Of a stretch of 64,000 nucleotides of DNA, positions 40,118-53,568 are shown one piece after another. The notes under the pieces were generated by a model, which saw only the letters and a list, made by a program, of their open reading frames with translations, was not told the origin of the DNA and did no database searches. Each line of letters opens with the position of its first letter. Position 1 is the stretch's first letter. Source of the DNA: Octopus sinensis (taxonomy: Eukaryota). The position numbers and the translations under genes are program-made. Where the stretch lies: positions 90,582,001-90,646,000 of the forward strand of contig NC_043003.1 of assembly GCF_006345805.1 (NCBI RefSeq), in the 5' to 3' direction.

Positions 40118-41218
40118 ATATTTTGATGCACCACTTTCTATCTATAAATAATAAAAGCCAAGTTCTATCCACCATCTGGGACCCTGTATCTCAGCCTACA
40201 TTTGCTCTACATAGACATATACCTTTTTGGAATAAGGATGATCTTGGGTTCGAAAATCACCTCTTCATTTGGTTCTTGATCATCCAGCATTGGGATCTGA
40301 TTTAAAAGCATTTGGTTGGCTATTTCTAGCAGATAAAGCTTGGCGGTTTCATGCCATTTTGGTGGCGTTTGTCAAATGACGTCAGAGATCAAGGGGGAGA
40401 TAAATGACATTCACTTCATTAATTTTATGTCAAGATAAAAACTTTGGGACAAATTGGCCAACAGTTGGAATTCCACTTGTGACTGGAACAATAGAATGAC
40501 TGCATTACAGAATTAATTCACATCTGTCCTTAACCTCTGATCAAACACCACCGGGGCATATAGTCGTTATAGATGTATTATAATCATGCTGTCCAGCTCG
40601 CCTCCATTTGGGGCTGCAGACTCAATGTGACCTCTGCAGGAGCTAGCTTAAAAGTCTGCATGGAGTGCAGCTTTTAAGCTAGTCATTAATAAAACTGTCA
40701 GCATCTTCGATGATACATGTATGCTAGTACATAATATTTTATATCTAACTTAGTAAATGATATTATAGATACTACATTATGTTTAAAATATATTCAATGC
40801 CAATAAAATGCACAAGAACCACAGCAAAAAATAACTTTTACTCAGTATGCTAAGAAAATTAATCTAGGTCTCTAATTACAACTTCTACTAATTTCTTTTA
40901 TTTAATTCTTTTAATCTAATTATCACCACCTACCTACATCCTTTCAATTTGTTTCTTTTGTTCAGAATCTAGTTGATAGCATTACTATCCAGCTGTTTTC
41001 TTAATTCATTTGGATCTAGTCCATGATCCAGTTATTCATTTCAAACATTCTTTGATCATCACAACTCAATTACATTCCATTCTCTATTTAAAGATCTGTT
41101 GAACTAATAAAATCTCAGGAATGAAGGTGAGAATACAAATACTCTTGTTTGTATTCTTATGTGGCTACACAAGAAGGTCTGACTGTTAAAGTATCATTCA
41201 AGAATATATATGTGTGTG

Positions 41219-41259
<41 letters not shown>

Positions 41260-41346
41260 AATATATATTCAAAATGTGACCACGTGTGTACCGTTGGTGA
41301 TTTTTTTTCCTCCGTTTTCCCTTCTTTGGATCTTTCCCTTTCCTAT

Positions 41347-41381
41347 GTTTCTGACGAAGAGCTCCGCTTGAAACTTTAAAC
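41347..41381 (+). ncRNA. Minimal hammerhead motif of a second pLTR family, slightly decayed
   Basis: GTTT-CTGACGA-A-GAGC(TCC)GCTT-GAAAC-TTT-AAAC. The stem III G is lost. It sits in a pyrimidine-rich segment (about 41270-41480) bounded by TA repeats. Confidence 0.7.
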
Positions 41382-41499
41382 CCTCCTTCTTTCCTTCTTT
41401 CCTGAGCGTCCTATAATACTATACTTTTCCACGTCCTTGCATTGTTGTGTTTTCTCTTTGTGTTTTCGTGTTTGGATTAACTATATATATATATATATA

Positions 41500-43541
41500 T
41501 ATAACGGGAAGCTTTATGAAAATAAACAAAAGACGAAGGCAGGTGGAAAACAAACGAACAATTGTATTAGTATGGCGCTCAGGAAATATAAATAAAACAA
41601 GTCTTTAACGTTTCGAGCCTACGCTCTTCAACAGAAAGATACACAGAGAGAGAAAAACACAGAAAGAAGGAGAGAAAAAAAATGCGTGCAGTAGCTAACG
41701 AATCAACATGGCGATCTGATTTCGGCCAGAGGTCAAAGATCAAACATGAGACGCGAGAGCGAAATAAGGGGAGATAATAGGGTTGATAAAAGGGTTGAGG
41801 GACCAGCTAAAAGTGCGTGGGAGGGGTCTGGATGTGTGTATGTATAGGGTTGGTGTATGTATTAGTATGTATAAGGGTGTGTGTGTGTGTATGAGAGAGT
41901 ATTAGTGCGTAAGATTGGTCTGGACGTGCGTATGTATGGGGTTGGTGTATGTATTAGTATGTATTAGTATGTATTAGTACGTATTGGTATGTATAGGTGT
42001 GTGTGTGAGAGAGTATAAGTGCGTATGCGGGGTCTGGACGTGTGTATGTATAGGGTTGGTGTAAGTATTAGTATGTACTAGTATGTATTAGTACGTATTA
42101 GTATGTATTAGTTGGTGTGTGTATTAGTATGGCACATCATATGTGATGTGATGTGTAAAGTCATGTGGTGTAGTGAGGAGAAGAGGGGGAGGGGGAGAAG
42201 AGGGGGGAGAGAAGGGGAGGGGAAGAAGAGGGGGAGGAGAAGGGGGGAGAGGAGAGGATGGGGAGAAGGAAGGGGATGAGGGGGATGAGGAGGAAAGAGG
42301 GAGAGGGGGAGAGAGGGAGTGAGGGAGCAGAGGGAAGGGAAGAGGGAGGGAGAAAGAGGGAAGAAGGGAAGGGGAGTAGGGGTGAAAGGATGAAGGACTG
42401 AAGAAGTAGGGGTCGGGGGGAGAAAGGATAGGTGAGGAGGGGGGAGAGGGGGGTTAGATGAGGAGGGGGGGAGAGTTGAGACCAAATGGCGTATAAGAGC
42501 GAAGAGAGAAGATTAATTCCTGTTCACGGCGCAAACGGGAATCCGGATGGCCTCTGTGTAAGGACAAACCGAACACAGATAGGTGTTGCAAGGAGTGACC
42601 GGTGGAGCGGAAATGGCGTGAGACCGGTGTGTCGTTCGCAAGGTGGATGTCACGAAGGTGTTCCGCGAACCGGTCAGCCAAGCGGCGTCCCGTTTGTCTG
42701 ATGTACAAAGAATTGCAGAGAGAGCAAGAGATGCAATAGATAATATTGCTGGAGGTGCAGGTGAAGGAGTGGATGATGAGATAGGGTCGATGGTGGGTGC
42801 TAGTGAGGCGGGTGGTGTTGGAGAGGTAAGGGCAAGTGCGGCAACGTGGGCGGGAGCAGGGGAACGAGCCGGGTTGGGAGGTAGGGTCAGGGAAGGAGCT
42901 ATGGACCAAAAGGTCTCGAAGGTTGTGGGCTCGTTTGAAAGAGGGGAGGGGTCGGTTAGGGAAGAGGTGTGAAGTGGACGGGTCGGACTGGAGATGACGG
43001 AAAGCTCGAAGAATGGTGCGTTGGAGACGTAGGGTCGTGGGGTGGTAAGTGAGGGGAAAAGGGGGCGGGAGACTACAGGGTGGGTTCGGGGAGAGAGAGC
43101 AGATACACGGTCCACGGACCGTGCTCTGGCAAGGGCGGTGTGGATAGTGGTGAGGGGTATCCACGTAGGGTGAAGTGGTGAGCCATACGTTGAGACTGAG
43201 TCTCAAAGTCATGGTCGTCACTACAGAGCCTATGTAGACGGAGGAATTGGGAATAGGGGATGGAAAGCTTGGTGTGTTCTGGGTGGGAGGAAGAGAAGTT
43301 GAGGTATGAGTGTGAGTCTGTGTGTTTGTAGTGAATGGAGGTGGTAAGAGTGGAGTGAAGAATGCTAACCGAAATGTCGAGGAAGGAGACAGAGGTGTTG
43401 GAGATAGTGGAAGTGAAGTGGAGGGCTGGATGGAAAGATTGGACGAAAGAGAGGAAGGAATCTAGATGTTCGCGGGAGAGTGAGGTGGCACCGATAATGT
43501 CGTCAATATAACGACCATATAGTTCAGGAGTGGGACCAGTG
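41500..43541 (-). mobile_element. 5'-truncated Penelope-like element (RT C-terminal part, GIY-YIG endonuclease, pLTR with hammerhead)
   Basis: The minus strand from about 43540 reads PELYGRYIDDIIGA...FLDI...HYKHTDSHSYLNFSSSHPEHTKLSIPYSQFLRLHRLCS. After two frameshifts it continues NIIYCISCSLCNSLYIRQTGRRLADRFAEH...EQELIFSLRSYTPFGLN, ending at 42454. Confidence 0.93.
41601..41639 (-). ncRNA. Minimal type I hammerhead ribozyme motif in the Penelope pLTR
   Basis: TCTTT-CTGTTGA-A-GAGC(GTAG)GCTC-GAAAC-GTT-AAAGA: 5-bp stem I, 4-bp stem II and a palindromic ACGT stem III. Position 6 is U instead of the canonical A. Confidence 0.75.
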
Positions 43542-43554
43542 ATATATATATATT

Positions 43555-43586
<32 letters not shown>

Positions 43587-43818
43587 CAGGGTTATTCAAT
43601 AAGAATGAACTGATTTCATTACGCAATATTTTAATAAGGAAAAGCAATAGAAAACTCCAGCTATGTCACAAATATTTACTCACAATCAACTTTTATTTCC
43701 TGTCTTACAAGGGTTCAATGTGGCCACCATCTGCAGCATGGGCAACATCAATGTGACAAGAGAATTCCTCCCAAATGCGTATCAGCATATCACTATCCAC
43801 TGAGTCGATTGCTGTTGT
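43587..43818 (-). mobile_element. Tc1/mariner-superfamily right-end fragment
   Basis: TA-CAGGGTTATTCAATAAG terminus. The minus strand reads [35 protein letters not shown], a typical transposase C-terminus. Confidence 0.7.
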
Positions 43819-43843
43819 TATTTAATGTATGTATGTATATATG

Positions 43844-43932
<89 letters not shown>

Positions 43933-44002
43933 GTATACATATATGTATGTATATATATATATCTATATATATATGGGTATAAAATACAATTATGTATGCA
44001 TA

Positions 44003-44839
44003 GTCCGATCAATAAGTAACCGGACTGTTGCCATAGTAACAAAGTTAAAGCACACAGAGTGAAGCTGCTTGGCACACATTGACCTTGAACTCTGCTGTGC
44101 ATGTGCACTAAGTTTTAACTCTCTAACTCACTTCCGCTGTCTACAGCAGTGCTTGGAAGGAAGATGTGTAGCATGTGATCATCGCATTAAACGTAACAGA
44201 GAAATTTGAGTGGAGAATCTGCATCAAATTTTGCCAAAAGCTTGGCGATATCTGCTCAGAGTTTTCAAAAAATTTTTATCATTCTTGACACAATCAAGGA
44301 GATCTTGTGCAAATGAAACCCGAGTGTCTTTTTGGTCAGTTGAAAGCAGTTTTGGCACAAACTTGGCAGACATGCGTTTTATACCCAAAACTTCGGTGAT
44401 AATGGACTGAACTGAACTGTAATTAATCTGAACATCCTCTGATATCTCACAGATGATGATTTGATGCTTTCCCTTCACATCTGCAATGTTTTTCTCAGTT
44501 CTGCTGGTTGTGGGTCTCCCAGAATGGTCGTCAATATTGACATTTTTTCGGTCATCTTGAAAACATCTGAACCACTTGTGTGTGGCTCAGTTACTTCTCT
44601 CCATACACTTTTGGCAATTCTATGTAGTCCTCTGTGCAGGTATCGCCATGACAACTATCATGGTCAATATATGCTACACACCTTCCTTCCAAGCACTGCT
44701 GTAAACAGCAGAAATGAGCTAGAAAGTTAAAACTTAGTGCGCAAGCGCAGCAGAGTTCAAGGTCAATTTTTGCTAAGCAGCTTCACTTTGCATGCTTTAG
44801 CTTTGTTACTATGGCAACAGTCCGGATACTTATTGATCG
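44003..44839. mobile_element. Mariner-derived element made of two inverted 5' halves
   Basis: The arms start GATCAATAAGTA(A/T)CCGGACTGTTGCCATAGTAACAAAG. The transposase N-terminus appears on + (ICIKFCQKLGD) and on - (ORF 44224-44478, KRMSAKFVPKLL linker). No DDD domain. Confidence 0.85.
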
Positions 44840-45339
44840 AGAGAAAGACTTTCAGACGATGAATATTTAAGTATAAATATATAGCTATTTATATTAATAG
44901 ATCCAACTTACTCAGAGTATCTGCATAATTGCTTCTATATCTGCTCAACTGGATCCCTTTTATAGCCATTCCTTACCCCGTTGAACTGATCCCTTGCAAA
45001 GACATCGGAGTCTAAGTTTGAATCATTTGAGCACTGCTAAGTGTCTTCTCTATTGAGTATCCCTGGATTTCCTCTGCAGACTACACACACACACACAAAC
45101 ACACACACACATGCATTGCTGTTCTTCTATTCTTCAGTCGGTTGGCTTCAGTCATTTCACTGGAGCAATACTGAGGTCGTACCTTTGACTGTTTTTCACT
45201 GATTATATTGACCTGCACAATACTTACCTTGTATGAAGAGAATAGAAAGTTCAACTGGGTGCAAAGGAACAAAGCCACCACAAGTCTCTTTTGTTCAATG
45301 TACTGATTTCTCCATCCCATACTGATTCGTACATGCATG

Positions 45340-45370
<31 letters not shown>

Positions 45371-45395
45371 TTATCTATCTATTTATCTATCTATT

Positions 45396-45534
45396 TTTTT
45401 TTAAAACATTCACTAGACAAAACTTGCCTCTCTACTCTCACTTTCCTCTTCAAGTGACAACTTCTTCAAGTATCACTTGAAGAAGAAAGTGAGAGTAGAG
45501 AGGCAAGTTTTGTCTAGTGAATGTTTTAAAAAAA
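45396..45534. repeat. 62-bp inverted repeat with a 15-nt loop
   Basis: 45396-45457 versus 45473-45534, one mismatch. Confidence 0.92.
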
Positions 45535-45968
45535 GATGGGTGAATGTAGCAAGGATGGCACGTATGAATGACGAAGCCACCTTGACTATGATTCTATGAA
45601 CCGTAAAAATTAATACAGAGAGTTGCTTATTTGCAAAAAAAAAAAAAAAAAAGAAATATAACATGTGACTTCATTGACCAAGGTTACTGTGGTCTTTTCC
45701 GTAGGCTTTTCTTTCCACGGGTAAACCTCACCTGTCCTCCCCTTTACACTTCATATTGACATTTCTGTGATAACGATCCCTATTGAGCAATTTTTTCCTC
45801 CCCCCCTTTAAAAAAAATTTTTATCCCCCCCTTTTTTTGTCTTCTTTCTTTCCTTTTACGATCCCTTTTGATCGAAAACCAAACCGCCTTTTTTTACCCC
45901 CAAAGGAAAAGCTCTACCTTGTAATTTGTCCTGTCTGTGTGCAGCCCTGTGTGGCTAATAAAGAAACA

Positions 45969-46002
<34 letters not shown>

Positions 46003-46688
46003 GCTATCTATCTACAGACACACACACACACTAGCTAAGTATCCTGTTGTTGCCGGGTGATTTTCACAATAGAATGCCTTGAGAGACTTTGGGAATAGCA
46101 CTCACACATAGTTGGATTTTCTGTTTTGAGGGGAATTTTATTATTTGTTTTTGTCTCCACACTCTTGCTAATGATGGGGAGAAGCTTTCTATGAAAATGT
46201 TTTTGCAAATTTATGAATTCCTGTTGCTTTCTGGACCAGTTTTGTCAAAACTGTTTTTTTCACCATGCACTTAAAAACAATGGGAGATGCCTTTTCAGTA
46301 AAAAAAAAAAAAATAGTTGAAAATTTATTAATTTTTTAAAACATCCGCCTTCACTCAGTACCAATTTTGGCCAACACTTTTTTTTGTATTTCATACTTAA
46401 AAACAATAAGAGAAGCCTTGAAATTTTGAAAAAGAATTTTTTTTAAAATCAGCAATCACTATTACAATCCCCACTTCCTTTATTTTGAAACAGAAAATGA
46501 AATGAAATTTAAAAATCCTAAAATTTCAGCCTTTTGCAAATTTTTTAAAATCATAATTTTGAAATACAGGCAGTCCAGATCTACATTTTGTTTCTGTTCA
46601 TAATTTCAGAATAATTTTCAGAGGAAAAGGTGTGTGATTCAAAGGCAATTTAGCTGGTGTTTCTAACACACCCTATGATCACCTCGTA

Positions 46689-46910
46689 TACTCTTTACTC
46701 TTTTACTCTTGTTTCAGTTATATGACTGTGGCCATGCTGAAGCACCACCTTTAGTCGAGCAAGTCGACCCCTGGACTTATTCTTTGTAAGCCTAGTACTT
46801 TATCTGTCTCTTTGCTGAACCGCTAAGTTACGGGGACGTAAACACACCAGCATCGGTTGTCAAGTGATGTTGGGAGGGGGGGGGCAAACACAGACACACA
46901 AAAATATACT

Positions 46911-46956
<46 letters not shown>

Positions 46957-47140
46957 TATATATACACATATATATACGACGGGCTTCTTTCAGTTTCCAT
47001 CTACCAAATCCACTCACAAGGCATTGGTTGGCCCGAGGCTATAGTAGAAGACACTTGCCCAAGGTGCCATGCAATGGGACTGAACCTGGAACCATGTGGT
47101 TGGTAAGCAAGCTACTTACCACACAGCCACTCTTACGCAT
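46689..47140 (-). mobile_element. tRNA-derived SINE family 1, full-length copy
   Basis: Same structure. It interrupts an older repeat whose uninterrupted form is at about 48640-48755. Confidence 0.9.
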
Positions 47141-47376
47141 ATCTTCCTTATTTCTTTGTCACTCTGACGTGTATTGATGTTTTTCAATATTTTTCTCCCC
47201 ATAAACACGTTTTATGATGAAGATGTGGTTGTCCATTGTTGGGATTTAAGCAAAAACTAAAAAAACATTTTATAATTTAAATTTTTAACTCCCATCACAC
47301 ACCAAGTGAGTCTGTGTGCACATGTGTGTTCATGTGTGTATGTTCATGCACATATGTTCATGTGTGTGTACGTGCA

Positions 47377-47422
<46 letters not shown>

Positions 47423-50394
47423 TGTGTGTGTGTGTCTGTAAGAAAAAAACATAGTTACTAACAAAAGTATGGTATTAGAATAGATTATCTTATACATAAC
47501 TTTTTTAAATCACTTTGTTGCCCTAATGAAATGCCTTACACACAAGCACACACACTGACACACAGATCACACACACACAGTGTGAGCAATACAGAAAGTG
47601 AGAGAGAGTGTGGTAAATATATACAGAAAGGGGGAAGTTTACAATGAGGAAAGCGGAAAATGAAAACATTGACAAATAGAGAGATCTTTTCTGTTGCTGT
47701 TGCAGATTTTGAAACTTTGAAATTAAGTGAAAATTTTCAAATTTGGTATATTGATGTACTTTTTCATGCTGAATCTAATTTTGTGATTCATTTATTCCAG
47801 AAAAGTTTTAGAAAAGTGTTACAGAGGTTTAAAGTTTGATCATATTTACCCAATCAGAAAACAGGATTTTGTGCATTATAGCTGTATATCATAAAATGAA
47901 AGTAAACAAGTGCTCACTTGCTTAGTAAATATTACTTTCATTATTTTATCACAATCATAATCTTTTTTAAACAAACATCACAGTAGTCCAACAACAGAGG
48001 GAGAAGCTGTTTGTTAAGTTTTACCTTCACCTCAAACCAACATAAAGATTTCATTTCAACAGCCCATCTTTAAGCTTTGCAGTGTGCATGTGTAAGAGAG
48101 AGAACATTGCAAACAATGAATGAAATAAACATGAAACGAAAAAATCGTATAAATAAAAGGTCATTACTATAGATGTATATGCCCTCCGACTTTGTTGCCT
48201 CTAGAAAAATTGATACTTTTTAACAAAATTTTCTACAAATACTGCTTTGATGTTATGGCTTCAGAATATATAGGGATTTATGAGAAGGAATTTTTGTGAA
48301 GGGGTGGAGAGAGGAGTTTTGGAAAATTCACATGATCTGATATTTTTCCCTCATAACTTTCAGGAAGATGGGTATCTTTTAATGAAAATTTATACAAGTA
48401 TCCTTCAAATAGCATAGATTACGATTATAAAGAAATTTGTGGGGAAATGTTTTGGGGGATTTTCCCCATTTTTTAAATGATGGGGTTGGAGAGCATCCTT
48501 GTCTGAAAATTGTTTGATGACTCTTTTTTTTTTTTTACACCCATCATCCCACTCAAGGCATATTTTGGCCAATTGTTTTTTGCACTTCAAAACCATGGGA
48601 AGAGCATTTTTGGTAAAAAAATCTTTTTAAATTAATATTTTCAGAGGAAAAAGTGAGTGATTTAAGGGTGATTTGGCTGTTGTTTCTAGCACATCCAAAA
48701 ACAACCCTTCTCGTTTCTTTATCACTCTCGCATGTATTGATGTTTTTCAATATTTCTAAGTTATAGGAAATTTCTTAGAACAAGAATTTATAGAAATATT
48801 TCCAGACAGTAAACCCTTTAATAATTGCTTTCTTATAGTACTTTTAGTAATTGTTACATACCTAATTAATAAGCAGCTTTCTCCATTACAGTAGGTCAGA
48901 GTAGATGAGGAGGAGATAAAAAGAAAAGTGGTTATGTAGTGTCAAAGAAACTCTCAGGGTACAAGAAGGTGAACATAAGAGAAGATACTGCCAGCGGGTC
49001 ATAGGAGAGAAAAAGAGGGTATGAGGGCGAAGTAACAAATGACTAAAGATAGGGGCAGAAGTGAAGGGGTAGTAACTGATGGACAAAGGTGGAGGTGTGG
49101 CTGAACTACATGGTTTAAAGTTTATTATGATTATGAACTGCATCTCCCTTATGGCTGGATGGGATATCATTTTAAGTATTTTTATGCAATACTTTTTATG
49201 TAGCTTTCATGTCTTTACCATGAAGCAATTGATACATTATTCTATATTTTTATTGTTCAGCTTATTATCAACAATGTCATAATTTTCTATCAGGTTTTCT
49301 ATGCTGCCATGGGTTGGATGGGTCATCGTCTGTGACAGTTTCCATAATCTTACACACAGCAACAGAACAAGAAAACCCCAATCACCTTTGTTGTGTATGT
49401 CTTATAATGGAAGATAGGTTAATTTTATTGCACTAGCAGCTGTAAAGAGGTTGTCTCATTCAAGAAGGTTAAAGAGTGCATGCTTTCAGTTCTATATTAC
49501 TTCTCACTTGGAGTAATTGCTCTCTTAGACATGTGATGCAGAACCTGCTACAGAAATCCTATGCTTCACTTTTTGATAAGATTTTTATGGCTGGATGCTC
49601 TTTCTATTACTCACTTTCCAGAGTCTACTAGTGCATTTTATACCATCAACACAAAACATGATGGTTTTATGCAAGTTTATGAAAGAGTCTCCCTATTATG
49701 AGCTCTAATTTGAATCCACAGCCCTCCCAGATGAATGAACTGCTCCAATTGTCTTACCACAATAACATATTATCATCTAACTGTATTATAATATCATATG
49801 ATTCTATATTTATGCAACTATATAATCATACTATTTACTACAGTACCAGGCAACTATAATACTACAGTGGTGACTGTTTCCTTGACGCATTTGCTAATGA
49901 ATACAAATAAATATGGGTGGATTATTATCCATTCAACTTGAAAATGATAACATGGCTGATTAAATATTTTGAATAAACTGAAAAGATTGCAAGGCAATAA
50001 CAGCACAATAGCTATTTAACTGGCTAACATACACTCAGATGTATTCCTGTATCTATTAGTGTGTATGTGTGTGTGTGTGTGTGTGTGTGTATGCAGGTAT
50101 GGCTGTGTGGTTAACAAGTTTGCTTACCAATCATGTGGTTTTTGACTCACTTCCACTGCATGGTACCTTGGGCAAGAGTCTCTTATTATAGTGTTCGTAT
50201 TTGTGTACACACACACACACACACATTATCATCATCATCATCGATTAATGTCCGTTTTCTATGCTAGCATAGGTTGGAGGGTTCGACTGAAGTCTGTAGA
50301 GCCAGCGGCTGCACCAGGCTCCAATCTGGTCTGGCAGAGTTTCTTCAATTTGATGCCCTTCCTATGTATATTGCATCCAAGAGATAAAGTGGAG

Positions 50395-51835
50395 AGGAGC
50401 TTCAGCTAGGTTCCTTACAGGTAAGACACATAGGTATAAAATCTTCTTGGGCAGTAAAAGTGATGGGATAAGGTGGTGTGGGCATACTTCCTACAGAGAA
50501 ATGGGTGGATAAGGTCACAGATGTAGCCAGGATGAGTGATAGTGTGCTTAAAATTAGGTTAGTCTTACAGGACAGTATAGTGACAATTATCTCTGCCTAT
50601 GGCCCTCAAGCGAGCCTACCAAATGAACAGAAGGACCACTTTTATAACATTCTTCTGCAGGTTAACTCAAAGATGAGTGACAATTATCTCTTCGTTGCTG
50701 CGGATTTCAATGGGCATGTCAGATGGCACCTTGGTATCTTGCATGGTGTGCATGGGTGCCATGGATTTGGCTCCCAAAACGAAGAGGGAATAAGGCTACT
50801 GGAGTTCTGTAATGCAAATAACCTTTTGATCTGCAGCACAAACTTCAGGAAGCCAGCCAGCCACTGATAACCTACCAATCAGGTGTCTGTGCTAGCCAGA
50901 TCGATTACATTCTCACCAAACAGTATGATGCTCCTAAATACAAAGACTCTATCTGGTGAAGAATGTACCTCCCAGCATAAACTAGTCATTAGTGACTTAC
51001 TCCACACCAGAAGGATGTCAAGAGTTAAACCAATCTGGAAAAGAAGGATTTGGAAGCTTAAGGACCCTTCGTATAGTCAGAAATTTAGGGATATCCTAAC
51101 TGAGAAATTCAATGAAAGGGAAGAGGAGTTACAGACTTGTTACATAGAGGACAACTGGGAATTCCTGAGTGACAGCTTGCTGAGTGCCACTGACAAAATC
51201 TGTGGCTGGTGCAAAATCCCATCCATATCTAGGGTAACATGGTGGTGGAATGATGTGGTAGACAGGGCAATTAGAGCAAAGAAACAGGCCTGGATGAATG
51301 GGGGTATCAAGATACTGTATCAGATAGCCAGAAGGGATGCTAAGAGACAAGTATATCTAGCCAAGGAAGAAGCAGAAAAGATGTTTGCCTATGTTCAGTG
51401 ACGTGAGGACCAAAGATTGTTTCAGATTGCAAGACAGTGTGTGAGAGAAAATTGTAATGTCATAGGAGAGAAATGTGTCTGTACGGATGATGGTGCACTT
51501 GCATGTAATGGTTCTGCAAAGAAAGAGGCTTGGAATTGCCATTATGAAAGACTGCTGAATATAGAGAATGAGTGGGAGGAGGAGAGTCTGCCAAAGGTTG
51601 ACCCAATTGAGGGACTGGCAACCCAAATGAACAGTTCTATGGTAGATAAAGCAATCAAGGATATAAAGACAGGAAAAGCCCCTGGCCCATCAGGAATCAC
51701 CACTGAAATGCTTAAAATAGCTGGTGGTATCGGTTATAGTCTAATCACCCGCATTGTAAATCAGGTAGTTTACGAAGGAGTCATGCTCAATGACTGGTGT
51801 AGCAGCACCATAATCAACTGCTACAAAGGTAAAGA
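50395..51835 (+). mobile_element. Degenerate RTE LINE fragment (APE + linker to the RT start)
   Basis: ORFs 50478-50867, 50883-51401 and 51417-51860 align in order with 56560-57930. Multiple stops. Confidence 0.9.
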
Positions 51836-53568
51836 GTCATTCTCTTTTAGTGCCTTATAATTTAACACATTCACTTATAAAATTTCCACTCATTTACTTA
51901 TTTATTTTTTCTAAAATAAAGAATCTTGCAAACCAAATCCAAAAACGAAATATATATATATACAAACAGATATCAATTATCATTTTAATGTCCACATTTT
52001 CATGCTTGCATGATTTAGATGGATTTTGTTGAGGCAGATTTTCTAAGGTTGGATGCTCTTCCATCCACTATCCCTCACCTGTTTTGAAACAAGGTAATAT
52101 TTCCTTCCCATGGCCAGGCATGTTTTTTATGGATGACTGGAAATAAAGGACACCTCTTGCATGTCAGTGATACTCATTTACAAATACCACATAATATCAA
52201 ATCAAGGAGACAATAATGCACTCACTAACATATGCACACACACACACAAACACATGCACTCACACACACACACACACACACACCTACATCCACACATGCA
52301 TGAATATATATATACATACATACCAGCCCATCCCATGCCAGCATAGAAAATGGACATTAAAAGATGATGGTGATAATAATGATGAGCTTCTTTCAGTTTC
52401 TATCTACCAAATCCATTCCCAAAGCTTTGGTCAGCTAAGGCTATTATACAAAACACTTGCCCAAGGTGTTGCACTGTAGAACTGAACCCCAAACCAAATA
52501 AATTGAGAAGCAAGCTTCTTCACCACACAGCCATGATTGTACCTTAATATTGTGTCAAAATCCTATTTCCCAGCTGAAAGCATCATCAGTATCCACTCCC
52601 TTACAAATTTAAAGAATGCCTTTTTCAACAAAGAATGCTGTATCAGGAAGATGACGCATAATAACAGGAAAACATAGTAAAATACAGAAAAATGTATTGA
52701 GGAAATGGCTATACCAAATTAATTTAACATTATTAATTTGCTATTAATGATCTGTTTTATGTTATAGTAAAAGACAATTTTATTAGAAACAAATTAATCC
52801 TTTCATCTATTATCTTTTATTTGCTTCAGTCATTGGACTGTGGCCATACTGGGGCACTACTTTGAAGAGCTTAGCTAAATAAATTGACTCCAGTCCCTTC
52901 TTTTAAGCTTGGTACTTACTCTACCAGGTTCTTTTGCTGAACTGTTAAGTCTTGGGGGCATAAACAAATCAATACTGGTTGCCATGCAGAGGTGAGAGAT
53001 AAACAGAAACACATATGCACACACACACATGACAGGCTTCTTTCAGTTTCTATTTACTAAATCCACTCACAAGGCTTTGGTCAGCTTGGGTCTAGACTGT
53101 AGAAGACATTTGTCCATAGTTTATGTATTCTTTATTCCTTTGATGTTTTCAATCATTGGACTACAACCAGGCTGGAGCACTTGTCTTGTAGGATGGGTTT
53201 GTTGAAAAGAAAATTGAAGCCACTACTTAGTTTAAATCTGGCTCTTACTCTATCAGTCTTTTGCTGAACTGCTAAGTTACTGGGGCATTAGGCAATTAAC
53301 ACCAGTTGTTAAGCAATATCAGGACAAACACAAGTAATGATAGTTGTGTTGATAATAGTGGTTATGGGGGTGATACTGTCATAACATTTGCATTTGTGGC
53401 TGTGTTGATGGTAAAGTTGATTGAGATGGTGGCTGAGGAAGGCAGTGGTGAAGCATGGTTGTTGTGGAGGAAGCTAATTGGTGATATTTATTGGTTGAGG
53501 TCGCAGCTGATTGGTGGCATATATTGGCTGAGGTGGCAGTGATGGTATGGATAGCATTTCTAGTGATG

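Noticed and set aside
42513-43115. 200-aa Pro/Ser-rich ORF and the antisense ORFs at 42486-42972
   Set aside because: Alternative frames of the GC-rich Penelope ORF. Only the first residues of the 200-aa ORF are in the true frame.
44860-45080. TATAAAAG-containing segment on the minus strand, possible solo LTR or promoter
   Set aside because: No TG...CA ends, TSD or second copy could be identified.
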